This document shows positions 33,588 through 43,888 of a DNA stretch of 64,000 bases, piece after piece. Within the stretch, counting starts at the first letter, position 1. Every line of letters starts with the position of its first letter. The DNA comes from Escherichia coli (GTDB taxonomy: Bacteria; Pseudomonadota; Gammaproteobacteria; Enterobacterales; Enterobacteriaceae): the NCBI RefSeq assembly GCF_050920415.1, contig NZ_CP169309.1. One strand, given 5' to 3'. Made by a program: the position numbers and the translations under genes. A model generated the notes under the pieces. It worked only from the letters and a program-made list of their open reading frames with translations. It was not told the DNA's origin and ran no database searches.

Positions 33588-34688
33588 ATGACCCCCGAAC
33601 ACCTTCCAACAGAACAGTATGAAGCGCAGTTAGCCGAAAAAGTGGTACGTTTGCAAAGTATGATGGCGCCGTTTTCTGACCTGGTTCCGGAAGTGTTTCG
33701 CTCGCCGGTCAGTCATTACCGGATGCGTGCGGAGTTCCGCATCTGGCACGATGGCGATGACCTGTACCACATTATTTTTGATCAACAAACCAAAAGCCGC
33801 ATCCGTGTAGATAGCTTCCCCGCCGCCAGTGAACTTATCAACCAGTTGATGACGGCGATGATTACGGGTGTGCGTAATAATCCCGTTCTGCGCCACAAGC
33901 TATTCCAGATTGATTACCTCACCACGCTGAGCAATCAGGCGGTGGTTTCCCTGCTGTACCATAAAAAGCTGGATGACGAATGGCGTCAGCAGGCGGAAGC
34001 TTTGCGCGATGCGTTGCGCGCACAAAATTTAAATGTGCATCTGATTGGTCGGGCAACGAAAACCAAAATCGCGCTGGATCAAGATTACATCGACGAACGT
34101 CTGCCGGTCGCAGGGAAAGAGATGATCTACCGTCAGGTAGAAAACAGCTTTACCCAGCCGAACGCGGCGATGAATATTCAGATGCTGGAATGGGCGCTGG
34201 ACGTCACCAAAGGCTCAAAAGGCGATTTACTGGAGCTGTACTGCGGCAACGGTAACTTCTCATTAGCCCTGGCGCGCAATTTTGATCGGGTATTAGCCAC
34301 CGAAATCGCCAAGCCTTCGGTCGCTGCCGCGCAATACAACATTGCCGCTAACCATATTGATAACGTCCAAATTATTCGTATGGCGGCAGAAGAATTTACT
34401 CAGGCGATGAATGGTGTGCGCGAGTTTAATCGCCTGCAAGGGATCGACTTGAAGAGTTATCAGTGCGAAACCATTTTTGTCGACCCACCGCGCAGCGGTC
34501 TGGACAGTGAAACCGAGAAAATGGTGCAGGCGTATCCACGTATTCTGTATATCTCCTGCAATCCGGAAACGTTATGCAAGAATCTGGAAACATTAAGCCA
34601 GACGCACAAGGTTGAACGTCTGGCTCTGTTTGATCAGTTCCCCTACACGCACCATATGGAGTGCGGCGTATTACTGACCGCGAAGTAA
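33588..34688 (+). CDS. trmA: tRNA/tmRNA (uracil-C5)-methyltransferase TrmA, 366 aa
   Basis: ORF track; recognisable sequence. Confidence 0.95.
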   Translation: MTPEHLPTEQYEAQLAEKVVRLQSMMAPFSDLVPEVFRSPVSHYRMRAEFRIWHDGDDLYHIIFDQQTKSRIRVDSFPAASELINQLMTAMITGVRNNPVLRHKLFQIDYLTTLSNQAVVSLLYHKKLDDEWRQQAEALRDALRAQNLNVHLIGRATKTKIALDQDYIDERLPVAGKEMIYRQVENSFTQPNAAMNIQMLEWALDVTKGSKGDLLELYCGNGNFSLALARNFDRVLATEIAKPSVAAAQYNIAANHIDNVQIIRMAAEEFTQAMNGVREFNRLQGIDLKSYQCETIFVDPPRSGLDSETEKMVQAYPRILYISCNPETLCKNLETLSQTHKVERLALFDQFPYTHHMECGVLLTAK

Positions 34689-34693
34689 AATCT

Positions 34694-34720
34694 ATGCCGG
34701 ATGCGCCAGCATCCGGCATG
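34694..34720. terminator. Bidirectional hairpin between convergent trmA and yijD
   Basis: Perfect palindrome ATGCCGGATGC-GCCAG-CATCCGGCAT, 5 nt after the trmA stop and 8 nt after the yijD stop. Confidence 0.5.
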
Positions 34721-34727
34721 ATACCGA

Positions 34728-35087
34728 TTACTCAGCAACTTCCTGCTTACGGTTACGCATCTTCGCGCCAATCCAGAACACCATAATGACGGACAGTACT
34801 GCCGGGAAGAAGTTAGAGCCGATATCCGGATATTCCGCACGAACTACCGTGCTGTACAGCAGTACGCCGAGAATAAAACAAGCAGCAGCCAGACCCGGCA
34901 AGCCTACCGGCATAGTGCGATTAAGATAACGTTGATGCAGGCAGTAAACTGTCAGCACCAGGGAAATAATCGGGAATACAGAAAATGGCACAATGGAGCT
35001 AAACAGCGCTGCGAAAGTACCATTAATCGATAAGCCAGCAACTAACGCCAGCAGCAGCGTACCTCTATCTTGATTTGCTTGTTTCAT
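34728..35087 (-). CDS. yijD: Inner-membrane protein YijD, 119 aa
   Basis: ORF track; hydrophobic; start overlaps the fabR stop. Confidence 0.88.
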
Positions 35088-35791
35088 TACTCGTCCTTCA
35101 CATTTCCCGGAATAATTGCGGTTTTCTCTTGTTCACGGCGATACCAGTAATAAGCCCCTTTCGAAATCATTCGCAGTTGCAGTACCAGTCGCTCTTCTAA
35201 TTGCCGACGTTGTTCGACGCCGACGTCCAACGCCTCGGCACCCGCACTGAAGACAATCGTCACCATGGCTTCGGCTTGCGCTTCAGTAAACGCACGCGGC
35301 ATATGGTTTTCGAGTTCCAGATAGTCCGCAAGTTCCGCAATGAAGTGCTGAATTTCACGCGCAACGGCGGCACGAAACGCAGCGGAGGTGCCGGAGCGTT
35401 CCCGCAATAATAACCGGAAGGCGTTAGGATTATTACCGATGAACTCCATAAATGTGGAGACCGAGGTGCGGATCACACTCCCACCTTTGGCGATACGCTG
35501 ACGCGCCTGGCGCATGAGTTGGCGCAGCATTAAACCGCTCTCATCAACCATGGTCAGACCGAGTTCGTCTACGTCGCGAAAATGCCGATAAAAAGAGGTG
35601 GGAGCAATGCCCGCTTCACGCGCCACTTCACGCAAACTCAGGCTGGCGAAGCTGCGTTCAGCACTTAATTGGCTAAATGCGGCTTCCACCAACGAACGGC
35701 GGGTTTTTTCTTTTTGTTGCGCTCTTACGCCCATCACGATGTCTGAATCCTTGCCAAAAGTACTGCTGGCACTATACCAGAGAATGAACAT
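35087..35791 (-). CDS. fabR: TetR-family unsaturated fatty-acid biosynthesis repressor FabR
   Basis: ORF track 35087..35830; start uncertain between Met at 35791 (234 aa) and Met at 35734 (215 aa). Confidence 0.85.
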
Positions 35792-36068
35792 ACTGGATTG
35801 CTCCAGTGTTGTGAATGAACCGTAACGCAATAAAACATATTTACTGCAATTCTTTGGCCGGTTCTTTTACGAACATCGGAAACCTGCCGCTTAAACGGTG
35901 AGTATTGGCGATAAAAATCCAATAAAACGTTCAAGGCAAAAGTAAGAAACAGACAAAGCAAAGGCCGCTCACGATATAGCCAGATAAATGACGGGGATCA
36001 ATTGGCTTACCCGCGATAAAATGTTACCATTCTGTTGCTTTTATGTATAAGAACAGGTAAGCCCTACC

Positions 36069-37469
36069 ATGCCACATTCCTACGATTACGATGCCATAGT
36101 AATAGGTTCCGGCCCCGGCGGCGAAGGCGCTGCAATGGGCCTGGTTAAGCAAGGTGCGCGCGTCGCAGTTATCGAGCGTTATCAAAATGTTGGCGGCGGT
36201 TGCACCCACTGGGGCACCATCCCGTCGAAAGCTCTCCGTCACGCCGTCAGCCGCATTATAGAATTCAATCAAAACCCACTTTACAGCGACCATTCGCGAC
36301 TGCTCCGCTCTTCTTTTGCCGATATCCTTAACCATGCCGATAACGTGATTAATCAACAAACGCGCATGCGTCAGGGATTTTACGAACGTAATCACTGTGA
36401 AATATTGCAGGGGAACGCTCGCTTTGTTGACGAGCATACGTTGGCGCTGGATTGCCCGGACGGCAGCGTCGAAACACTAACCGCTGAAAAATTTGTTATT
36501 GCCTGTGGTTCTCGCCCTTATCATCCAACAGATGTTGATTTCACCCATCCACGCATTTACGACAGCGACTCAATTCTTAGCATGCACCACGAACCGCGCC
36601 ATGTACTTATCTATGGTGCTGGAGTGATCGGCTGTGAATATGCGTCGATCTTCCGCGGTATGGATGTAAAAGTGGATCTGATCAACACCCGCGATCGTCT
36701 GCTGGCGTTTCTCGATCAGGAGATGTCAGACTCTCTCTCCTATCACTTCTGGAACAGTGGCGTAGTGATTCGTCACAACGAAGAGTACGAAAAGATCGAA
36801 GGCTGTGACGACGGTGTGATTATGCATCTGAAGTCGGGCAAAAAGCTGAAAGCCGACTGTCTTCTCTATGCCAACGGTCGTACCGGTAATACCGATTCGC
36901 TGGCGTTACAGAACATTGGGCTGGAAACTGACAGTCGTGGACAGCTGAAGGTCAACAGCATGTATCAGACCGCACAGCCGCACGTTTACGCGGTGGGCGA
37001 CGTGATTGGTTATCCGAGCCTGGCGTCGGCAGCCTATGACCAGGGGCGCATTGCCGCGCAGGCGCTGGTGAAAGGTGAAGCCACCGCACATCTGATTGAA
37101 GATATCCCTACCGGCATTTACACCATTCCGGAAATCAGCTCTGTAGGCAAAACCGAACAGCAGCTGACCGCGATGAAAGTGCCGTATGAAGTGGGCCGCG
37201 CCCAGTTTAAACATCTGGCACGTGCACAAATCGTTGGCATGAACGTGGGTACGCTGAAAATTTTGTTCCATCGGGAAACAAAAGAGATTCTGGGCATTCA
37301 CTGCTTTGGCGAACGCGCTGCCGAGATTATCCATATCGGGCAGGCGATAATGGAACAGAAAGGTGGCGGCAACACTATTGAGTACTTCGTCAACACCACC
37401 TTTAACTACCCGACGATGGCGGAAGCCTATCGGGTAGCCGCGTTAAACGGTTTAAACCGCCTGTTTTAA
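36069..37469 (+). CDS. sthA: Soluble pyridine nucleotide transhydrogenase SthA (UdhA), 466 aa
   Basis: ORF track; FAD-binding GSGPGG motif. Confidence 0.95.
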
Positions 37470-38369
37470 CACTTTATCGAAATGGCCATCCATTCTTGCG
37501 CGGATGGCCTCTGCCAGCTGCTCATAGCGGCTGCGCAGCGGTGAGCCCGGACGATAAACCAGGCCAATAGTGCGGCGTGGTTCCGGCTTAATACACGGCA
37601 AATAAACAACCCCATCGCGTTTGCGCTCCGGCGGCACAGCCAGTGCAGGCAGTAAAGTGATCCCGCTACCTGCCGCCACCATGTTGCGCAGAGTTTCCAG
37701 GCTGGTCGCGCGGAAGTGTGTATCTTCATCCGCCCCGGCTTCAAAGCAGAAACCCATTGCCTGATCGCGCAAACAGTGACCATCTTCCAGCATCAGCAGT
37801 TTTTCCCCTGCCAGATCGGCCATCGGTACGCATTCGCGGTTCGCCCACGGGTGATCTTCATAGATAGCCAGCAACATTGGCTCATCAAACAACGGCACTT
37901 CAATGAATGCTTCGCTCTCTTTCACCAGCGCGAGGATCACGCAATCGAGTTTGCCGCTGTCCAGTTGCGCCAGTAACTGGTGGGTCTGTGCTTCATGCAG
38001 ATACATTTCCAGCTTTGGAAAGGTCTGGTGCAGCATCGGAATAATATGCGGTAACAGGTAAGGCCCAACCGTGGGAATCAAACCAATATGCAGCGGCCCG
38101 GACATTGTCTCGCCCTGCTGGCTTGCCATCTCTTTAAGGACTTTCACCTCACGCAGCACGGTACGCGCCTGATCCACCAGCAGCATTCCCGCCTGGGTGA
38201 ACAACACTTTACGGCTGGTCCGCTCCAGCAACATCACGCCCAGCTCATCTTCCAGCTTACGAATTTGCCCGCTAAGCGTCGGCTGGCTAACGTGGCAGGA
38301 ATCTGCCGCACGCCGAAAATGACGGTGTTCAGCCAATGCCACCAGGTACTCAAGATCACGAATATTCAT
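37452..38369 (-). CDS. oxyR: LysR-family hydrogen peroxide sensor/regulator OxyR, 305 aa
   Basis: ORF track 37452..38399; canonical start [18 protein letters not shown] at 38369; redox cysteines present (HCLRDQ and CIKPEP contexts); 18-nt convergent overlap with sthA. Confidence 0.95.
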   Translation of the reverse strand: MNIRDLEYLVALAEHRHFRRAADSCHVSQPTLSGQIRKLEDELGVMLLERTSRKVLFTQAGMLLVDQARTVLREVKVLKEMASQQGETMSGPLHIGLIPTVGPYLLPHIIPMLHQTFPKLEMYLHEAQTHQLLAQLDSGKLDCVILALVKESEAFIEVPLFDEPMLLAIYEDHPWANRECVPMADLAGEKLLMLEDGHCLRDQAMGFCFEAGADEDTHFRATSLETLRNMVAAGSGITLLPALAVPPERKRDGVVYLPCIKPEPRRTIGLVYRPGSPLRSRYEQLAEAIRARMDGHFDKVLKQAV

Positions 38370-38464
38370 TATCCATCCTCCATCGCCACGATAGTTCATG
38401 GCGATAGGTAGAATAGCAATGAACGATTATCCCTATCAAGCATTCTGACTGATAATTGCTCACA
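38370..38464. promoter_or_regulatory. Divergent oxyR/oxyS promoter region with OxyR operator
   Basis: 95 nt between the oxyR start and the oxyS 5' end; repeated ATAG-type elements; assignment from the known oxyR-oxyS architecture. Confidence 0.6.
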
Positions 38465-38578
38465 GAAACGGAGCGGCACCTCTTTTAACCCTTGAAGTCA
38501 CTGCCCGTTTCGAGAGTTTCTCAACTCGAATAACTAAAGCCAACGTGAACTTTTGCGGATCTCCAGGATCCGCTTTTT
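38465..38578 (+). ncRNA. oxyS: OxyS small regulatory RNA
   Basis: Sequence GAAACGGAGCGGCACCTCTTTTAACCCTTGAAGTCACTGCCCGTTTCGAGAGTTTCTCAACTCGAATAACTAAAGCCAACGTGAACTTTTGCGGATCTCCAGGATCCGCTTTTTTTT recognised, including the terminal hairpin and U-tract. Confidence 0.88.
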
Positions 38579-38620
38579 TTTATTCTACAGGCCCACAGCA
38601 AGAGAGCCTGATAGTAACAG

Positions 38621-39904
38621 TTACTCAATCCGATCTTTGACAATAAAGAAGTAACACAGCGCCCCGGTGAACGTCACACAGGCCGCGATAACCAGCGCCA
38701 GATTAAACGAGTGCGTGGTATCCACTACCCAACCGGTTACGATCGGAGCAAAGGAAGCAAAAACAAAACTGCCAAAGTTTTGAATCCCGGCGATGGAAGC
38801 CACTTTTGTTTCTGACACCATCACCTGCACCAGTCCCCATGCAGATGTTCCCGCGAAATGCACGCAGAACAGCGCCATTGAGATAAACGCTACAGCCTGG
38901 GCTGGCGAGGAGGATTGCACGACCAGCAACGTGCCTAATGCCGACATCATCAAACCGCAAACAATAGCCGTTTTACGCGTCTTCGCCAGGTCGTAGCCTT
39001 TTTTCGCCAGCCGATCGACAACAATACCGTTAACCCACATCCCGACCGCCGCCGCGAGGAAAGGAATCGCCGCCACCCAACCGGTTTTCGCCAGACTGAA
39101 GCCTTGCTCGGCTTGTAAATAACCGGGTAACCACGCGATGTAGAGCCAACCGGTATAATTGACGCCAGAGAAACCTAAAATCATCCCCCAGGTTGTCCGA
39201 TGCTTAAACAGCGCCAGCCACTCGCTAAATTGTAATTGTGGACGCGGTTTAACCGGCGCGGAGAGATAGGTCCGTTCTTCGTCGGTCAGGACAAACTGCG
39301 CCCGGTTGCGATACCACGCGTACCAACAGATCCCAACCAGAATCCCCGCCACGCCGATGATGACGAACATTGCCCGCCAGCCCCATGCCAGCTGCATCAA
39401 TACAAGAGCAGGAGGCGCAATAGCCTGACCGATAACGGTAGATGAGTTAAAAATCCCCAGCGCCGTGCCGCGTTCTTTTTGCGCATACCAGTCGGTGATC
39501 GACTTTACTCCCGCAGGCATAAATGGCGCTTCGCCAATACCCAGACCGATACGCATTAAAATAAAGTGGCTAAAAGAATTAACCATTCCTGTTAATGCCT
39601 GCATTAATGACCAGAATATTAAGCCTGCGCCTAAAACTATTCGTGGGCCAAAGCGGTCTAGCAAAATACCGGAAGGGAGTTGTGAAAAACCATAAGACAG
39701 AGAAAATGCAGAAAGCAAAACGCCAAATTCTGTCGCCGATAATCCTAACTCGCCACGAATCGCTTCGCCTGCCACGCTCAATGACGAACGGTCGAGGAAA
39801 TTAACGATCCCCGCCATAAATAATAAAACCAGCGTTACTGTCTGAATACGACGAATCCGTTGCGGTTTATTACCCGCAACACTGGTTGACACATCAACGT
39901 CCAT
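38621..39904 (-). CDS. MFS transporter, anion:cation symporter (ACS) family; putative sugar-acid (hexonate/hexuronate-type) permease, 427 aa
   Basis: ORF track; 12-TM hydrophobicity pattern; N-terminal NFLDR motif and overall similarity to DgoT/ExuT/GudP-type permeases; not at this locus in K-12 as I recall it. Confidence 0.8.
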   Translation of the reverse strand: MDVDVSTSVAGNKPQRIRRIQTVTLVLLFMAGIVNFLDRSSLSVAGEAIRGELGLSATEFGVLLSAFSLSYGFSQLPSGILLDRFGPRIVLGAGLIFWSLMQALTGMVNSFSHFILMRIGLGIGEAPFMPAGVKSITDWYAQKERGTALGIFNSSTVIGQAIAPPALVLMQLAWGWRAMFVIIGVAGILVGICWYAWYRNRAQFVLTDEERTYLSAPVKPRPQLQFSEWLALFKHRTTWGMILGFSGVNYTGWLYIAWLPGYLQAEQGFSLAKTGWVAAIPFLAAAVGMWVNGIVVDRLAKKGYDLAKTRKTAIVCGLMMSALGTLLVVQSSSPAQAVAFISMALFCVHFAGTSAWGLVQVMVSETKVASIAGIQNFGSFVFASFAPIVTGWVVDTTHSFNLALVIAACVTFTGALCYFFIVKDRIE

Positions 39905-39970
39905 TTTTAGCTCCTTGAGCGGAATTAATCGATTTGCTGACTATTCAGAAAATAATTAAGCGAACCGTTA

Positions 39971-41185
39971 TTACCAGTTCCACAATGTGCCATCTTCCAG
40001 TCGTGCGACGGGGAGATACGCCGGGTCATACGGATATTTCGCCGCCAGTTTCTCATCGAAAGAAATACCCAGCCCCGGTTCATCGCCTGGGTGCATATAA
40101 CCTTCATCGAAGCGCCAGCTGTGCGGGAAGACTTCAAGCATTTGTTCGGAATAGCCCATGTACTCCTGAACGCCAAAGTTTGGCACCCAGAGGTCAAAAT
40201 GCAGCGCCGCCGCATGACAAACAGGCGATAAATCTGAAGGGCCATGCGAACCGGTACGTACCTGATAAAGCGATGCAAAATCGGCAATCCGTCGCATCCC
40301 GGTAATGCCGCCTGCATGGGTAATCGTCGTGCGAATATAGTCAATCAGCTGCTCTTCGATTAACTGCTTGCAGTCCCAGATACTGTTAAACACTTCACCG
40401 ACCGCAATCGGCGTCACAGTATGCTGGCGAATCAGACGAAAACATTCCTGGTTCTCGGCAGGCGTCGGATCTTCCATCCAGAACAGGCGGTAATCCTCAA
40501 TGCTCTTCCCAAAGCGCGCCGCTTCGATAGGAGTCAGGCGATGGTGCATGTCATGCAACAGATGTTCGTTAAAACCGAACTTATTACGCACCGCTTCAAA
40601 TAACTTCGGTGTAAAATCGAGATACTTTTCTGAAGACCACAACTGCTCTTCCGGCCACAGGCCTTTGGTTGCCGGTTCATACGCCAGTCCTTTGCCCTTC
40701 GCCAGGCCATAAGTGGTTTGCATACCCGGTACACCGCACTGCACACGAATCGCCTTAAAGCCCATCAGCTGGTGCTTTGCATAGTCTTCAAGGACTTCAT
40801 CAATCGTGCGCCCGGTGGTGTGGCAATAAACCATCACGCCTTCACGAGAAGCCCCACCAAGCAGTTGATACAATGGCATATTTGCCGCTTTGGCTTTGAT
40901 ATCCCACAACGCCATATCAATGGCAGAAATGGCCGACATCGTGACGGGGCCACGTCGCCAGTAAGCACCTTTATAAAAGAATTGCCAGATATCTTCGATA
41001 CGGCTGGCATCGCGGCCAATTAATTGTGGACAAAGATGATCTTTCAGATAAGAAGCGACCGACAATTCGCGACCATTTAATGTGGCATCTCCCAATCCAC
41101 AAAGTCCGCTTGCAGTGGTTATTTTAAGCGTAACGAAATTACGTCTTGGGCAAGTAACAAAAACATCTGCAGCAATAATTTTCAT
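39971..41185 (-). CDS. Enolase-superfamily dehydratase, D-mannonate dehydratase (ManD)/RspA subgroup, 404 aa
   Basis: ORF track 39971..41245; start moved to ATG at 41185-41183 ([13 protein letters not shown]), preceded by RBS CAGGAG; hallmark RspA/ManD blocks [54 protein letters not shown]. Confidence 0.85.
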   Translation of the reverse strand: MKIIAADVFVTCPRRNFVTLKITTASGLCGLGDATLNGRELSVASYLKDHLCPQLIGRDASRIEDIWQFFYKGAYWRRGPVTMSAISAIDMALWDIKAKAANMPLYQLLGGASREGVMVYCHTTGRTIDEVLEDYAKHQLMGFKAIRVQCGVPGMQTTYGLAKGKGLAYEPATKGLWPEEQLWSSEKYLDFTPKLFEAVRNKFGFNEHLLHDMHHRLTPIEAARFGKSIEDYRLFWMEDPTPAENQECFRLIRQHTVTPIAVGEVFNSIWDCKQLIEEQLIDYIRTTITHAGGITGMRRIADFASLYQVRTGSHGPSDLSPVCHAAALHFDLWVPNFGVQEYMGYSEQMLEVFPHSWRFDEGYMHPGDEPGLGISFDEKLAAKYPYDPAYLPVARLEDGTLWNW

Positions 41186-41670
41186 TATTGCAATCTCCTG
41201 TGTTGTAAATAGATGCTTCAAACTTAATTTTACGCCTACTACCATACAAGAGAGAAAGAGCGATTATTCAACCGTGATCACATTAAAAATAAAAATTTCC
41301 GCCGAGGAGAAAAAACACCCTCAAAAACCACCTGAATAATTAACCATTATCGTTAAAACAACACGTTAAATAATCACATAACAAACTCCATTAATCATTA
41401 AATATGAGCGCAGCAATAGAAATGAATTATATTCAATTAATTAAAATATGTATTGATTGATGTATTGAAAATATGATTTTCATGGGGAGAGTGAAGGTAA
41501 AGAAGACGCAAGAATAAAAAGGAATATGACAAATAATAGTTCTGGTTGGGCGTTAAATTTAAGGTCACCAGAATGCTGACAAATTTCTGCCTGAGGCAGT
41601 CCGCCTACGTAGTGTCGCTACTTTATAGGCGTGGTAAGCTCCCCATTTTCAGGGGAGCAATATAAACCAA
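41186..41670 (-). promoter_or_regulatory. AT-rich upstream region of the accessory operon (putative promoter)
   Basis: About 485 nt ORF-free, locally very AT-rich (e.g. 41340-41560), between the argH stop and the dehydratase start; no promoter elements assigned. Confidence 0.4.
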
Positions 41671-43044
41671 TTACCCCAACCGCGCCTGCGCAAAAGCAAT
41701 CGCCTGCGCCACCTGCTGCGGGGAGACGCCGCCTTTTGCCGCACGCTTGTCGAGGCACGATTGCAGCGACAGAATCGGATAGACATCTTCGCCAATCACC
41801 TCGCTGAATTTCTGCAACTCACTGAGCGGCAGTTCTTCCAGCGGTTTGCCCTGACGAATGGCTTCCACCACCGCTTCACCAACAATATGGTGCGCCTCGC
41901 GGAACGGCACACCTTTCGCCACCAGGTAATCCGCCAGTTCAGTGGCGTTCGCATACCCCTGCTGCGCCGCTTCCTGGCAACGTGGGCGTTTCACCTGAAT
42001 CCCGTCCAGCACCAGCGCCGCCATATGCAGGCAGTCCAGCCAGGTATCGAGCGCATCGAACAGACCTTCTTTGTCTTCCTGCATATCTTTGTTATAGGCC
42101 AACGGCAGACCTTTCAGCGTCATCATCATGCCGGTCAACGCGCCCTGAACACGACCGCATTTACCGCGAATCAACTCCAGCGCATCCGGGTTTTTCTTCT
42201 GCGGCATTAATGATGAACCGGAAGTAACACGATCAGAAAGCTCCACAAAACCCGCTTCGCCGGTGTTAAAGAAAATCAGATCTTCGGCAAAACGCGACAA
42301 ATGCACCATACCGATAGCGGCGGCAGATAGCAGTTCCAGCACGTGGTCGCGGTCAGAAACGCTGTCGAGACTGTTACGGGTCGCCGAGGCAAAGCCCAGC
42401 CAGCCTGCTAACTGTTCACGGTCGATTTCATAGGCCGTTCCCGCCAGGGCGCCACAGCCTAGCGGGCTGACATCCAGACGCTTAAGCGCATCCTGCAAAC
42501 GGCTTTCATCACGCGCCAGCATCTCAACATAGGCCAGGCACCAGTGCGCAAACGTCACCGGCTGGGCGCGTTGCAGGTGAGTGTAACCAGGCATTACCGC
42601 GTCCTGATTATTCTGCGCGGTTTCCACCAGCGCCGATTGTAACTGTCGGTTAGCCGTCAGCAACTCGCTAACGGTATCCTTGCACCACAGTTTCAGGTCA
42701 GTCGCTACCTGATCATTACGGCTACGCCCGGTATGCAGTTTTTTGCCTAACTGGCCCACTTTGTCGATCAGTTTGCCTTCCACCCAGCTATGGATATCTT
42801 CGGCGTCGCTTTCAAGAATTTGTTGTGGCCTGGCGCGAACATCTTCCAGCAGCACATTGAGCGCCTCTTCCAGTTGCACCTGTTCTTCTGCGGTTAACAC
42901 GCCTACCGTTACCAGCGCTTTGGACCAGGCCACAGAGCCAACAATATCCTGCTCCGCCAGACGGTAATCAAAGCGCAGTGAGTCGTTGAATTGTTTAAAC
43001 CGTTGATCTGCTGCCTGGGTAAAACGCCCGCCCCAAAGTGCCAT
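41671..43044 (-). CDS. argH: Argininosuccinate lyase ArgH, 457 aa
   Basis: ORF track; recognisable sequence. Confidence 0.96.
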   Translation of the reverse strand: MALWGGRFTQAADQRFKQFNDSLRFDYRLAEQDIVGSVAWSKALVTVGVLTAEEQVQLEEALNVLLEDVRARPQQILESDAEDIHSWVEGKLIDKVGQLGKKLHTGRSRNDQVATDLKLWCKDTVSELLTANRQLQSALVETAQNNQDAVMPGYTHLQRAQPVTFAHWCLAYVEMLARDESRLQDALKRLDVSPLGCGALAGTAYEIDREQLAGWLGFASATRNSLDSVSDRDHVLELLSAAAIGMVHLSRFAEDLIFFNTGEAGFVELSDRVTSGSSLMPQKKNPDALELIRGKCGRVQGALTGMMMTLKGLPLAYNKDMQEDKEGLFDALDTWLDCLHMAALVLDGIQVKRPRCQEAAQQGYANATELADYLVAKGVPFREAHHIVGEAVVEAIRQGKPLEELPLSELQKFSEVIGEDVYPILSLQSCLDKRAAKGGVSPQQVAQAIAFAQARLG

Positions 43045-43104
43045 AACTCTGTTTCCTTATTTTGAAATTCAATGCCAGAAAGCTACGTCTCTGGCCAACA
43101 AAAC

Positions 43105-43881
43105 TTAAGCTAAAATCCGCGTACCCATCGGCATACCGTTAAACAGTGCCGGAAGCTGTTCCGCATGACGCCAGGAGGCAATATCTACCGGGCGACCCAG
43201 CGTGCGCGCAGCGTCCAGCGCCGCGTTCACTTTCACTATCATGCCGTCAGTAATAATGCCCTGCTCAATCAGTTGTTCTGCTTTCGCTGCGGTCATTTCG
43301 GCAATACGTTGCCCTTTGCCGTCGAGAATACCGCTGACATCAGAGAGCAAAATCAGATCCGCGCCCAGCGTTGCCGCCAGCGCCGTCGCCGCCTGGTCAG
43401 CATTGACGTTCATCAGTTGCCCTTCGTCCGTTACGCCAATGGAGCTGACCACTGGTAGATAACCGTTTTCCAGCAACGTGTTGATAAGCTTAGGCGAACC
43501 TGGCTGCGCCAGTCCAACATGGCCTAACTCTTCATCGAGCTGGGTCACTTTTACGCTGTCGCCGTCACCGAGAAACAAACCTACGGCTGCAATCTGATGT
43601 TTCTTCGCCCATGCCAGCAGGGTTTTATTTGCCGTTCCCGCCAGCGCTCCGGTGATAATGTCTATCTGATCCGCAGGCGTCACCCGCAGGCCGTTTTTCT
43701 TTTTCACCGGCAGATTCAGTCCTTTCATCAGCTCATCCACCACGCAGCCGCCGCCGTGGACAATCACCAGCGGACGCTGATGTGACTCGCGATAATTCAC
43801 CAGGGCGCTAAACAGACGTTCCAGCGCCTCTTCACTATCCAGCAGTACGCCGCCCAGTTTGATAATTAATGGATTCATCAT
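43105..43881 (-). CDS. argB: Acetylglutamate kinase ArgB, 258 aa
   Basis: ORF track 43105..43914; start set to [11 protein letters not shown]. Confidence 0.93.
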   Translation of the reverse strand: MMNPLIIKLGGVLLDSEEALERLFSALVNYRESHQRPLVIVHGGGCVVDELMKGLNLPVKKKNGLRVTPADQIDIITGALAGTANKTLLAWAKKHQIAAVGLFLGDGDSVKVTQLDEELGHVGLAQPGSPKLINTLLENGYLPVVSSIGVTDEGQLMNVNADQAATALAATLGADLILLSDVSGILDGKGQRIAEMTAAKAEQLIEQGIITDGMIVKVNAALDAARTLGRPVDIASWRHAEQLPALFNGMPMGTRILA

Positions 43882-43888
43882 TGCACCC

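Noticed and set aside
35734-35830. Alternative longer and shorter FabR starts (247, 234 or 215 aa)
   Set aside because: Not resolved; the 247 aa track ORF start has no clear RBS. I report the 234 aa start and flag the 215 aa alternative rather than calling a novel N-terminal extension.
41082-41339. 85 aa plus-strand ORF overlapping the start of the dehydratase gene and its RBS
   Set aside because: It overlaps a well-supported gene on the opposite strand and has low-complexity AT-rich codons; the short frames I found by eye at about 41404-41580 (14-18 codons) were rejected for the same lack of support.
38579-41670. Checked the island for mobile-element signatures (integrase, transposase, IS inverted repeats, flanking direct repeats, tRNA attachment site)
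   Set aside because: None seen; both flanks are intergenic sequence next to oxyS and argH, so I do not call it a mobile element or classical genomic island.
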